Assembly (NCBI GenBank): GCA_004366205.1
Contig: SIRW01000009.1
Coordinates: 4,997 to 68,996, forward strand
DNA from: Actinomycetota bacterium
Lineage (GTDB): Bacteria > Actinomycetota > Acidimicrobiia > Acidimicrobiales > CADCSY01
Reading direction: 5' to 3'
Length of the DNA: 64,000 nt
This document shows, in pieces, positions 9,168-18,001 of the stretch. Each line of letters begins with the position of its first letter. Positions within the stretch are counted from its first letter, which is position 1. The notes below the pieces were generated by a model. The model saw nothing but the letters and a program-made list of their open reading frames with translations. It did no database searches and was not told where the DNA came from. Made by a program: the position numbers and the translations under genes.

Positions 9168-11468
9168 TCAGCGGTCGACGGGGAGCGACACCGAGATGGA
9201 CTCGGGGGCGCCGGGTGGTCCGTAGAGGTAGCCCTGGGCGTGCCGGCAGCCCACCCGCTCGAGGAGGGCGGCCTGCTCGAGCGTCTCGACGCCCTCGGCC
9301 ACGACCTCGAGGTCGAGGCTGTGGGCCATGGCGACCGTGGCCTCGACGAGCGGCGCGCGGTCGGTGGCGGCGTGGACGGCGGCCAGGAACGTCCGGTCGA
9401 TCTTCACGACGTCCACGGGGAGGCGGTGCAGGTAGCCGAGCGACGAGTAGCCGGTCCCGAAGTCGTCGATGGCCACCTGGACGCCGAGGGCCTTCAGCTC
9501 GTGCAGGGCCCGGGTCGTGCGGACCGGATCGGCCAGGATGCTCTCGGTCAGCTCGACCCGCAGGCGGTGGCCGGGCAGACCGGCGGCGGAGAGGGCGTCG
9601 TGCACGTGGGCCGCGAACCGCTCGTCCTGGAGCTGGAGAGCCGAGACGTTCACGGCTACGCGGGGCGCCGCGGCGGGGGACTCCCGCCACCAGGCGGCCG
9701 CCTGCAGGCAGGCCTGCTCGATCACCCACCGGCCGAGGGGGAGGATCAGCCCGGTCTCCTCGGCGACGTCGACGAAGTCACCTGGCGTGATCTGGCCCCG
9801 CCGGGGGTGGTTCCACCGCAGCAGCGCCTCGGCGCCGACCACCCGCAGGGTGGTGATCTCGACCTCGGGCTGGTACACGAGGTGCAGCGCCTCGTCCTCG
9901 AGGGCGTCCCGGAGCTCGGCCTCCACGCGTAGGCGCCGCTGGGCCCGCTGGGCCAGGCGGTCGTCGAAGACCTCCCAGCGGTTCCGGCCGCGCCCCTTGG
10001 CGAGGTAGAGCGCGAGGTCGGCGTCGCGAAGCAAGGTGGCGCCGTCGGCTGTCCCGCCCGGTGCCATGGCGATGCCGATGCTGGCGGTGACGACCATGCG
10101 GCGGTCGTCCACCTCGATCGGCGAGGCGAGCGCGTCGAGGACCCGGTCGGCCAGGGGGACGGCGTCGGCGCCGGCCGTGGCGCCCTCGACGAGGATGACG
10201 AGCTCGTCGCCGCCGACGCGGGCGAGCAGGTCGCCTTCGCGCACGAGCCCGCGGAGGCGGTGGGCCACGGCGACGAGCAACCGGTCACCAACCTCGTGGC
10301 CCAGGCTGTCGTTGACGACCTTGAAGCCGTCGAGGTCCAGGTACAGCAACGCCACGCTGCCCGCGGAGCGACGGGCGCGGGCCAGCGCCCGCTCCATCTC
10401 CTCGCTGAGGGCGGCCCGGTTCGGGAGCCCGGTCAGGGTGTCGTGGGCGGCGGAGTGGGCGAGGCGGCGCTCGGCGTCGATGCGCTCGGTGACGTCGCGG
10501 CCGTTGAGCACGATCCCCCCGACGGCCGGCTCGGCCCGCAGGTCGGCGATGGTGCCCTCGATCCAGCGCCAGCTGCCATCGGCGTGCTGCACCCGGTAGG
10601 TGGCGGGGGCGACACGATCTCCGTCGACGGCCGCTGCGAACCAGCGCTCGACGGCGGGGGCGTCCTCGGGGTGGACGACGTCGATGCCGTCGAGGCCTTC
10701 GAGCTCGACCGGGGCCCGGCCGAGTAGCCGCTCGATGGCGGGGCTCACGTAGCGGATGCAGCCACCGTCGTCGAGCACGGTGACGAACTCGCTGGCGTGG
10801 CGGACGAGGGCGGCGAAGCGCGCCTCGGAGCGGGCGCGGTCGGCTTCGGCCTGGCGGAGCCGGGCGGCGCCCCACGCCACGGCCTCGCCGATCACGATGC
10901 CCACCGGGAGCACGTAGAGCATCGACGCGAACGCCAGGGCGGGGTCCGCGGGTGGTCGGACGAGCACCGGTGCGGCGTAGGCCAGCGCCACCAGCGGCGC
11001 GAAGCGGGCGGAGGTCCACGGGGGATGGGCGAGTCCGATCCACACGAAGACGACGAGGAAGAAGATCGGGTAGAGCAGCGGATCGACGGCGGTGAGGTTG
11101 AACGCGGCGATCACGGCGCCCGCGATCGGGACCAGCCACAGCGTCGAGCGTCGGCCCCACCGGGACCACGGCAGGTGCCAGACGACCAGCCCGATGCCGG
11201 TGGCGACGAGCGCGACGCCGAGCGCACCGAGCCGGTGGGCCTCCGGCGTGACCGGCAGGACGGGGACGGCCACCGCTACGAGCCCACCGCAGGCGATGTA
11301 GAGGGCGGCGGAGATGCGGGCGACCGTGCGCGTGTCGAGGGTCTCTCCGCCCCCCGGCGTGGCGCGTGCCGATCGAGGGTCGTCGGTCGACGACGGGTTC
11401 ACCGGCAGCGTTGTCGGCACGAATCGGGCACCGACTGAGACCCATTCGGGTCGGGCCATGACACCCAT
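9168..11468 (-). CDS. Membrane-anchored PAS-GGDEF-EAL c-di-GMP turnover protein
   Basis: Multi-TM N-terminus, PAS (IRYVSPAIERLLG), GGDEF domain with motif GGDEL, and an EAL domain (EALLRW, DDFGTGYSSL). I chose ATG 11468 because the longer track ORF would overlap the plus-strand gene at 11626. Confidence 0.8.
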   Translation of the reverse strand: MGVMARPEWVSVGARFVPTTLPVNPSSTDDPRSARATPGGGETLDTRTVARISAALYIACGGLVAVAVPVLPVTPEAHRLGALGVALVATGIGLVVWHLPWSRWGRRSTLWLVPIAGAVIAAFNLTAVDPLLYPIFFLVVFVWIGLAHPPWTSARFAPLVALAYAAPVLVRPPADPALAFASMLYVLPVGIVIGEAVAWGAARLRQAEADRARSEARFAALVRHASEFVTVLDDGGCIRYVSPAIERLLGRAPVELEGLDGIDVVHPEDAPAVERWFAAAVDGDRVAPATYRVQHADGSWRWIEGTIADLRAEPAVGGIVLNGRDVTERIDAERRLAHSAAHDTLTGLPNRAALSEEMERALARARRSAGSVALLYLDLDGFKVVNDSLGHEVGDRLLVAVAHRLRGLVREGDLLARVGGDELVILVEGATAGADAVPLADRVLDALASPIEVDDRRMVVTASIGIAMAPGGTADGATLLRDADLALYLAKGRGRNRWEVFDDRLAQRAQRRLRVEAELRDALEDEALHLVYQPEVEITTLRVVGAEALLRWNHPRRGQITPGDFVDVAEETGLILPLGRWVIEQACLQAAAWWRESPAAAPRVAVNVSALQLQDERFAAHVHDALSAAGLPGHRLRVELTESILADPVRTTRALHELKALGVQVAIDDFGTGYSSLGYLHRLPVDVVKIDRTFLAAVHAATDRAPLVEATVAMAHSLDLEVVAEGVETLEQAALLERVGCRHAQGYLYGPPGAPESISVSLPVDR

Positions 11469-11625
11469 GGCACCGGACGGAGGTGTTGCAGCGCCCGATA
11501 TGCTCCCTCGACAAGAGGGCGGCACGGGCGCACAGTCGAACAGGAGGGAGCGCGGTTCGGGGGCGGCCGCCCCCTCCGGCCGCAGGCCGTCGGCACCGTC
11601 CTCGCAACCGGCAACGGGGGGAGCG

Positions 11626-12261
11626 ATGTACCTCTTCACACGCACGGCCCGGATGCGTCCGGGCCGGGTCCGGGACGCCACGCCCTGGGCCCTCGGCATC
11701 ACCGAGAAGGTGCGGCAGGCGACCGACCTCGGCGTGTCGCTGTGGACGACGATGTTCTCGGGCGAGGTCGGGACGCTGGTGTGGTCCTGCTTCGTCGAGG
11801 ATCTCACCACGCTCGAGAAGGCCGACTCGAAGCTGGCCGCCGACGACGTGCTCCTCGGCGAGATCGAGCGGGGCGCCGAGCTCGTCACCGACGCGGGGTC
11901 CCAGGACCAGGTCGCCCAGGTGATCCACGGCGAGCTGGATCCGGCCGGCCCGCCGCTGTACGCCGCGGTCACGCAGTCCGGCATCGTCGCCGGTGGCCTC
12001 CAGCGCGGCATCGAGGCCGGGATCGAGATCGCCCGGCGGGCGACGCAGCTCGGTGGTCTCCGGACGGCCTTCCTGCTCGCCACCACCGGCCCCTACGGGG
12101 GGTGCATGTGGCTCAGCGGGGCCGAGTCGATGCAGCAGCTCGAGCAGGCCGAGCAGGCCGTCAACGGCGACCCCGGCTTCCTCGCGTTCATCGACGACGT
12201 GGCGCCGGGCTGCTACCGGCCGGAGGTGAGCGTCCAGGCGATCTACCACCGCATCGGCTGA
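11626..12261 (+). CDS. Hypothetical protein made of two homologous ~100-aa halves
   Basis: ATG 11626 is preceded by GGGGGGAG. High GC3. The internal duplication is visible by eye. Confidence 0.65.
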   Translation: MYLFTRTARMRPGRVRDATPWALGITEKVRQATDLGVSLWTTMFSGEVGTLVWSCFVEDLTTLEKADSKLAADDVLLGEIERGAELVTDAGSQDQVAQVIHGELDPAGPPLYAAVTQSGIVAGGLQRGIEAGIEIARRATQLGGLRTAFLLATTGPYGGCMWLSGAESMQQLEQAEQAVNGDPGFLAFIDDVAPGCYRPEVSVQAIYHRIG

Positions 12262-12274
12262 GCACCGGCAGATC

Positions 12275-12296
12275 GGGCGGCCCGAGGTGGCCGCCC
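12275..12296 (+). terminator. Hairpin GGGCGGCC-N6-GGCCGCCC
   Basis: 8-bp GC stem beginning 14 nt after the stop at 12261. No U-tract. Confidence 0.35.
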
Positions 12297-12412
12297 AGCG
12301 CACGCACCCGAGCGGCGCCCCGGCGCCGGGGCTACGGTGGACCCCGGTCCGGGGAGCGCGCCATCGGACCGGGCCGCCGGCGCCGCTCCCCCGGCGAGAG
12401 AAGGGGGAAGCC

Positions 12413-13603
12413 GTGGCCGACCAGGGGACCGTGCAGCGGGTCCGCATCCCGCGCGACCGCGAAGACGACTACACCAACGACCTCGCAGCCCAGCGCCGCG
12501 CGTTCGCCGTCGAGCAGACCGGCACGACGCTCGAGCACGTGGGCTCGTACTCGTTCGACCCGGCGGTGACCGCAGGGAACATCGAGAACTTCACCGGCGT
12601 GGCCCAGGTCCCGATCGGGCTCGCCGGCCCGCTCCGCATCGACGGTGAGCACGCCCAGGGGGATTTCTACGTCCCCATGGCGACCACCGAAGGCACGCTC
12701 GTCGCGTCCTACAACCGGGGCATGCGCCTGTTGACGGAGTGCGGCGGCGTGAAGACCACGGTCGTCGACGAGGCCATGCAGCGCGCTCCGGTGTTCATCC
12801 TCGACGACGCCAAGGCGGCGCGCGAGTTCGGCACGTGGGTGGCCGAGCACTTCGACGACGTGAAGAAGGCGGCCGAGGCCACCACGAGCGTCGGCCGGCT
12901 GACCTACATCGGGCAGTACTCGATCGGCCCGCTGCAGTACTTCCGCTTCAACTACACCACCGGCGACGCAGCCGGGCAGAACATGACCGGCAAGGCCACG
13001 CTCGCCGCCTGCGAGTGGATCCAGCAGAACCACCCCAGCCGGCCCGGGTTCATGCTGTCGGGCAACATGGACACCGACAAGAAGCACAGCGGCATCAACA
13101 TGCTGCTCACCCGGGGCCGGCGGGTCGTGGCCGAGGCCGTCATCAAGCGCGACGTGATCAAGGGCCTCATGGGGGTGGAGCCCGCCGAGCTGTTCCGCAT
13201 GCGCCAGATCTCCAACGCGGGGTCCTTCCTGGCCGGCAACGCCAACAACGGGGCTCACTACGCCAACGGGCTCACGGCGCTGTTCATCGCGACCGGGCAG
13301 GACGTCGCCAACGTGTCCGAGTCCCACGCTGGGGTCACCTACGCCCAGCTCCTCGAAAGCGGCGACTACTACTGGTCGATCACCCTCACGTCGCTGATCG
13401 TCGCCACCTACGGCGGCGGCACCGGCCTGCCCACGCAGCGGGAGTGCCTGGAGCTGCTGGGCTGCTACGGCAAGGGCAAGGTCTACAAGTTCGCCGAGAT
13501 CTGCGCCGCGGTCGTGCTCGCCGGCGAGACGTCGCTCAGCAGCGCCATCGTGCACGGCGACTGGGTGTCCAGCCACGACCAGCTGGGTCGCAACCGGCCC
13601 TGA
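12413..13603 (+). CDS. Hydroxymethylglutaryl-CoA reductase, class I-type catalytic domain
   Basis: GTG 12413 follows AAGGGGGAAG. Motifs VPIGLAGPLRIDG...YVPMATTEGTLVAS, TGDAAGQNM and ATYGGGTGLPTQ. Confidence 0.85.
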   Translation: MADQGTVQRVRIPRDREDDYTNDLAAQRRAFAVEQTGTTLEHVGSYSFDPAVTAGNIENFTGVAQVPIGLAGPLRIDGEHAQGDFYVPMATTEGTLVASYNRGMRLLTECGGVKTTVVDEAMQRAPVFILDDAKAAREFGTWVAEHFDDVKKAAEATTSVGRLTYIGQYSIGPLQYFRFNYTTGDAAGQNMTGKATLAACEWIQQNHPSRPGFMLSGNMDTDKKHSGINMLLTRGRRVVAEAVIKRDVIKGLMGVEPAELFRMRQISNAGSFLAGNANNGAHYANGLTALFIATGQDVANVSESHAGVTYAQLLESGDYYWSITLTSLIVATYGGGTGLPTQRECLELLGCYGKGKVYKFAEICAAVVLAGETSLSSAIVHGDWVSSHDQLGRNRP

Positions 13604-13660
13604 ACCCGGCGCCGTCCGGGCATGCTGGTGGCGCCCCGGACCCCGTCGAACGGAGCCCCC

Positions 13661-15040
13661 ATGCAGATCGTGGACTCGCTGGTCGAACTGGTGGGACGAA
13701 CGCCGCTCGTCCGCCTCAACCGGCTGTCGGCCGGTGTGCCGCCGACGATCCTCGCCAAGGTCGAGGCGCTCAACCCCGGGGGGAGCGTGAAGGACCGCAT
13801 CGGTCTGGCCATGATCGAGGCGGCCGAGGCCGCCGGCGACCTCCAGCCCGGTGGCACGATCGTCGAGCCGACCAGCGGCAACACCGGTGTCGGGCTCGTG
13901 ATGGCCGCCGTGCACCGGGGCTACAAGTGCGTGTTCGTCATGCCCGACAAGATGAGCCAGGAGAAGATCGACCTCCTGCGGGCCTTCGGCGCCGAGGTGG
14001 TGGTCTGCCCCACGGCGGTCGAGCCAGACGACCCCCGCAGCTACTACCGCACCGCCGACCGCCTCACCCAGGAGATCCCCGGGGCGTTCCAGCCGAACCA
14101 GTACTTCAACCAGGCCAACCCCGCCGCCCACTACGCGACCACCGGCCCCGAGCTGTGGGAGCAGACCGGGGGGGCCATCGACGTGTTCGTCGCGGGCGTG
14201 GGCACGGGCGGCACGATCACCGGGGTCGGCCGGTACCTGAAGGAGCGCAAGCCCGAGGTCGAGGTCGTCGGCGCCGACCCCGAGGGCTCCATCTACGCCG
14301 GCGGGCCCGTGCACCCCTACCTCACCGAGGGCGTGGGCGAGGACTTCTGGCCCGAGACCTACGACCCCAAGGTCGTGGACCGCTACGTCACGGTGAGCGA
14401 CCGCGACGCCTTCCTCACCGCCCGGCGCCTCACCCGCGAGGAGGGCATCCTCACGGGCGGCTCGGGCGGCCTGGCGGCGTGGGCGGCGCTGCAGGTGGCC
14501 GCCGATCTGGCTCCCGACGCCACGATCGTCACGCTGCTGCCCGACACCGGCCGCAACTACCTGTCGAAGATCTACAACGACGACTGGATGGCCGCGAACG
14601 GGTTCCTCGACCGCGCCGGCGCCGGCGCCAAGCTGGCCGACGTGCTGCGGGTGCGGCCGAGCGACCTGCCGCCCATCGTGCACGTCCACCCCGACGAGCT
14701 CGTGCGCGAGGCAATCGCCACGCTGAAGGAGTTCGGGGTCAGCCAGATGCCGGTCATCGACCGCACCCACGGCGAGACCCGGGACGCCCTGCTCGGCTCG
14801 ATCCGCGAGCGGTCCCTGCTCGACCGGGCCTATCGCGATCCCGATGTGCTCGACCGCACCGTCGCCGAGGTCATGGAGCCCCCGCTGCCGATGGTCGACG
14901 CCCGCGACACCGTCGAGCACGCCATGAGCGTGCTGAGCGCGGAGTCCTCCGCTGTCATCGTGTGCGAGGGGCCGGTGCCGCGCGGGGTGCTCACCCGCAC
15001 CGACGTGCTCGACTTCCTCATGCGGGCGCACAAGTCGTGA
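13661..15040 (+). CDS. cbs: Cystathionine beta-synthase (PLP domain plus tandem CBS domains)
   Basis: MQIVDSLVELVGRTPLVRLN, LNPGGSVKDR and PTSGNTG. The C-terminal ~130 aa carries the CBS pair. Confidence 0.85.
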   Translation: MQIVDSLVELVGRTPLVRLNRLSAGVPPTILAKVEALNPGGSVKDRIGLAMIEAAEAAGDLQPGGTIVEPTSGNTGVGLVMAAVHRGYKCVFVMPDKMSQEKIDLLRAFGAEVVVCPTAVEPDDPRSYYRTADRLTQEIPGAFQPNQYFNQANPAAHYATTGPELWEQTGGAIDVFVAGVGTGGTITGVGRYLKERKPEVEVVGADPEGSIYAGGPVHPYLTEGVGEDFWPETYDPKVVDRYVTVSDRDAFLTARRLTREEGILTGGSGGLAAWAALQVAADLAPDATIVTLLPDTGRNYLSKIYNDDWMAANGFLDRAGAGAKLADVLRVRPSDLPPIVHVHPDELVREAIATLKEFGVSQMPVIDRTHGETRDALLGSIRERSLLDRAYRDPDVLDRTVAEVMEPPLPMVDARDTVEHAMSVLSAESSAVIVCEGPVPRGVLTRTDVLDFLMRAHKS

Positions 15041-16212
15041 GCGGCATGGGCGACACCGACGGGCGCGACGACCGGTGGGCGCGCGCCGGGTTCGCCACCC
15101 GCGCCATCCACGCCGGCCAGGATCCCGACCCCGCCACCGGGGCGGTCATCGTCCCCGTGTACCAGACGTCCACGTTCGCCCAGCGGGGGGTGGGGGAGCA
15201 TGCCGGCTGGGACTACGCCCGCAGCGGCAACCCCACCCGGGACGCGCTGGAGACCGCGCTCGCCTCGCTCGAGGGCGGCGCCCACGGGTTCGCCTTCGCC
15301 AGCGGGCTCGCCGCCGGTGACGCCGTGCTGCGAACGCTCGCGCCGGGCGACCACGTCGTGATGGGCAACGACGTGTATGGCGGCACCTACCGGCAGTTCG
15401 CCCGGGTCCACGGGCCGTGGGGGCTCGAGTTCGACCCGGTGGACCTGTCCTCGGTCGATGCCCTGGAAGCGGCGTGGCGGCCCGAGACCCGCCTGCTCTG
15501 GGTCGAGACGCCCACCAACCCGCTGCTCACCGTGTTCGACATCGCCGCCCTCGCCGCCTTCGCCCACGAGCGGGGTGCGCGCGTGGTGGTCGACAACACC
15601 TTCGCCACCCCCGCGCTGCAACGGCCCCTGGCGCTCGGCGCCGACGTTGTCGTGCACTCCACCACGAAGTACCTGGGCGGGCACAGCGACGTGGTCGGCG
15701 GCGCCGTCGTCACCAGCGACGGCGAACTGGCCGAGCGCATCGGGTTCCTCCAGAACGCCGTGGGCGGCGTACCTGGCCCATGGGACGTGTTCCTCGTGCT
15801 GCGGGGCATCAAGACGCTCGCCGTGCGCATGCGGGCCCACTGCGAGAACGCCCGGGCGGTGGTCGCGGCGCTCGAGGAGCTGCCCGGCGTGCGCCAGGTG
15901 CTCTACCCGGGACTGCCCGACCACCCGGGTCACGATGCCGCCACCCGCCAGATGGACGACTTCGGCGGGATGGTCTCGTTCCGTCTCGCCGACGAGGCCG
16001 CCGCCGTCGCGGCCTGCGGGCGCTTCCGGGTGTTCACCCTCGCCGAGTCCCTGGGCGGCGTCGAGTCGCTCGTCGAGCACCCGGGCCGGATGACGCACCT
16101 GTCGACCGCGGGTTCGCCGCTGGAGGTGCCCGGCGACCTCGTCCGCCTCTCGGTGGGCATCGAGGACCCCGCCGACCTCGTCGCCGACCTGCACCAGGCC
16201 CTGGCCGGCTGA
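15037..16212 (+). CDS. metB: Cystathionine gamma-lyase/gamma-synthase (Cys/Met metabolism PLP enzyme)
   Basis: GTG 15037 overlaps the cbs stop (GTGA). Motifs YARSGNPTR and HSTTKYLGGHSD (PLP lysine). Confidence 0.85.
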   Translation: MSGMGDTDGRDDRWARAGFATRAIHAGQDPDPATGAVIVPVYQTSTFAQRGVGEHAGWDYARSGNPTRDALETALASLEGGAHGFAFASGLAAGDAVLRTLAPGDHVVMGNDVYGGTYRQFARVHGPWGLEFDPVDLSSVDALEAAWRPETRLLWVETPTNPLLTVFDIAALAAFAHERGARVVVDNTFATPALQRPLALGADVVVHSTTKYLGGHSDVVGGAVVTSDGELAERIGFLQNAVGGVPGPWDVFLVLRGIKTLAVRMRAHCENARAVVAALEELPGVRQVLYPGLPDHPGHDAATRQMDDFGGMVSFRLADEAAAVAACGRFRVFTLAESLGGVESLVEHPGRMTHLSTAGSPLEVPGDLVRLSVGIEDPADLVADLHQALAG

Positions 16213-16226
16213 GCCCCCCACCCGAT

Positions 16227-16269
16227 CTGTGAGGATCATCTGGGGCATAGCCGTAGAAAGTCCTCACAG
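16227..16269. promoter_or_regulatory. Inverted repeat CTGTGAGGA-N25-TCCTCACAG in a locally low-GC spacer upstream of the amidase gene
   Basis: Perfect 9-bp arms read directly, lying 40 nt upstream of ATG 16309. Confidence 0.3.
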
Positions 16270-16308
16270 AACGGTGACCGGATCGGTGCGCCGCCGTACG
16301 GTTGGCCC

Positions 16309-17673
16309 ATGGCCGGGCCCTTGGACCTGGACGCGGTGGGGCAGGCCGAGCTCGTCCGGCGGGGCGAGGTCGGCCCGCTCGAGCTGGTCGACGCCGCCAT
16401 CTCCCGGATCGAGGCCCGCAACCCGGTCCTGAACGCGGTGATCCACACGCGCTTCGAGGCGGCCCGGGCCGAGGCGGCCGGCGATCTGCCCGACGGGCCG
16501 TTCCGGGGCGTCCCCTTCCTTCTGAAGGACGCCGTGTGCGCCCTGGCGGGCGAGCCCCACCACGCCGGCATGGCCTTCCTGAAGCGGCACGGTCACGTCG
16601 CCCCGGCCGACCAGTGGCTCGCCGAGCGCTACCGCCGGGCGGGCTTGGTGATCCTCGGGGCCACGAACCTGCCCGAGCTGGCGCTGCGGCCCACCACCGA
16701 GCCTGTGGCGTACGGGCCGGCGCGCAACCCCCACGACCCCGAGCGCACCACGGGCGGGTCGTCCGGGGGGAGCGCGGCCGCTGTGGCCGACAGGTGGGTG
16801 GCGGCAGCCCACGCCAACGACATGGGTGGCTCGATCCGCATCCCGGCGTCGTGCTGCGGGCTCGTGGGGCTCAAGCCGTCCCGGGGGCGCACGACCGTGG
16901 GCCCGGCGTTCGCCGAGTACTGGGGGCAGATGACCCACGAGCACGTCGTGTGCCGGAGCGTGCGCGACGCCGCCGCCATGCTCGACGCCACCGCCGGCCC
17001 GGGCCCCGGTGACCCCTACACGGCTCCGCCACCCCGCCGTCCCTGGATCGACGAGGTCGGCGCCGACCCGGGGCGGCTGCGCGTGGGCGTCCTCACCACC
17101 ACGCCGTTCGCGGCCGTCGACCCCGAGTGCGTCGCCGCGGCCCGGCTGCTGGCCGACCGCCTCGCCACCGCCGGCCACGAGGTCACCGACGCGCACCCCG
17201 AGGGGCTCGCCGACCTGTCGTATGTCGCCGCCTACGTCACGATGCTGCAGGTGCACGTAGCCAGCGAGCTGCGCCGGGTCGGGGCGCTGGTCGGCGCCGA
17301 GGTGACCGCCTCCGACGTCGAGCCCGGCACGTGGGCCTACGCCGAGGCGGGCCGGGCCGTCGACGCTGTCACCTACTGGGAGGCCACCCAGGCCATGCAC
17401 GCCTGGTCGCGCCGGGTCGCGCCCTGGTGGGACGACCACGACCTGCTCGTCACGCCGACGCTGGCCGTGGTGCCCCCGCGCCTGGGGGAGGTCGACGACA
17501 CGACGATGGTCGCGTTCACCCTGCCGTTCAACGTCACCGGCCAGCCCGCGGTCAGCCTCCCCGTGCACCGCACCGACGGCGGCCTCCCCGTCGGCGCCCA
17601 GCTCGTCGGGGCCTTCGGCCGAGAGGACGTCGTGCTCGCCGCCTCAGCGCAGATCCTTCCCGACGAGGCGTAG
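16309..17673 (+). CDS. Amidase (amidase-signature family)
   Basis: GGSSGGSAAAV signature and GGSIRIPASCCG. Confidence 0.85.
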   Translation: MAGPLDLDAVGQAELVRRGEVGPLELVDAAISRIEARNPVLNAVIHTRFEAARAEAAGDLPDGPFRGVPFLLKDAVCALAGEPHHAGMAFLKRHGHVAPADQWLAERYRRAGLVILGATNLPELALRPTTEPVAYGPARNPHDPERTTGGSSGGSAAAVADRWVAAAHANDMGGSIRIPASCCGLVGLKPSRGRTTVGPAFAEYWGQMTHEHVVCRSVRDAAAMLDATAGPGPGDPYTAPPPRRPWIDEVGADPGRLRVGVLTTTPFAAVDPECVAAARLLADRLATAGHEVTDAHPEGLADLSYVAAYVTMLQVHVASELRRVGALVGAEVTASDVEPGTWAYAEAGRAVDAVTYWEATQAMHAWSRRVAPWWDDHDLLVTPTLAVVPPRLGEVDDTTMVAFTLPFNVTGQPAVSLPVHRTDGGLPVGAQLVGAFGREDVVLAASAQILPDEA

Positions 17674-17674
17674 G

Positions 17675-17887
17675 TCAGGCGTCGTCGGTCCGGACGCTCG
17701 GGTCCGGGAGCACCAGCTCGACCCGTTTTCCCTCCGGGTCGCTGAAGAACAGCGAGCGCCACCCCAAGCGGGGGAACGTCTTCGGGAACACGCCGATGCC
17801 GAGGCCGGTCAGGCGCTCCCTGTGTGTCTCGTAGTCGTCGAGCTCGATGAGGAACGCGACGTGGTCGAGGCTCGACGTCCGCTGCCG
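17675..17887 (-). pseudogene. VOC (glyoxalase/bleomycin-resistance fold) gene remnant, C-terminal half only
   Basis: The open frame reads ...LDHVAFLIELDDYETHRERLTGLGIGVFPKTFPRLGWRSLFFSDPEGKRVELV*. It has no usable start codon and an in-frame TGA lies immediately upstream at 17888-17890. Confidence 0.5.
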
Positions 17888-17984
17888 TCAGCACGATACG
17901 GCCTCGGCGAGCGTCGGGAGCGCACACTGCCGCCCCGCGCCTTTCGTCGGGACGGATTGAGGGGGTGTGGGTGATACATCTGAT

Positions 17985-17993
17985 TGGTATACT
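17985..17993 (+). promoter_or_regulatory. Extended -10-like element TGGTATACT
   Basis: Sits in an AT-rich patch. The -10 ends 8 nt before ATG 18002, giving a near-leaderless transcript. Confidence 0.3.
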
Positions 17994-18001
17994 ACGTACT
18001 G

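Noticed and set aside
11559-11574. 16-bp perfect palindrome GGGGGCGGCCGCCCCC in the 5' region of gene 11626
   Set aside because: It is a loop-less GC palindrome of a kind expected occasionally at this GC content. It has no second copy and no positional logic that I could see.
9168-12086. The full 972-aa version of the GGDEF-EAL ORF
   Set aside because: The first ~205 codons are low-complexity and overlap the well-supported plus-strand gene at 11626-12261. The membrane domain begins just after ATG 11468.
12332-15031. 899-aa minus-strand ORF, together with the 1157-aa plus-strand ORF 12739..16212
   Set aside because: The minus ORF is antisense to HMGR and CBS. Only the last ~391 codons of the plus ORF (from GTG 15037) encode the Cys/Met PLP enzyme, and its upstream part is an out-of-frame read-through of HMGR and CBS.
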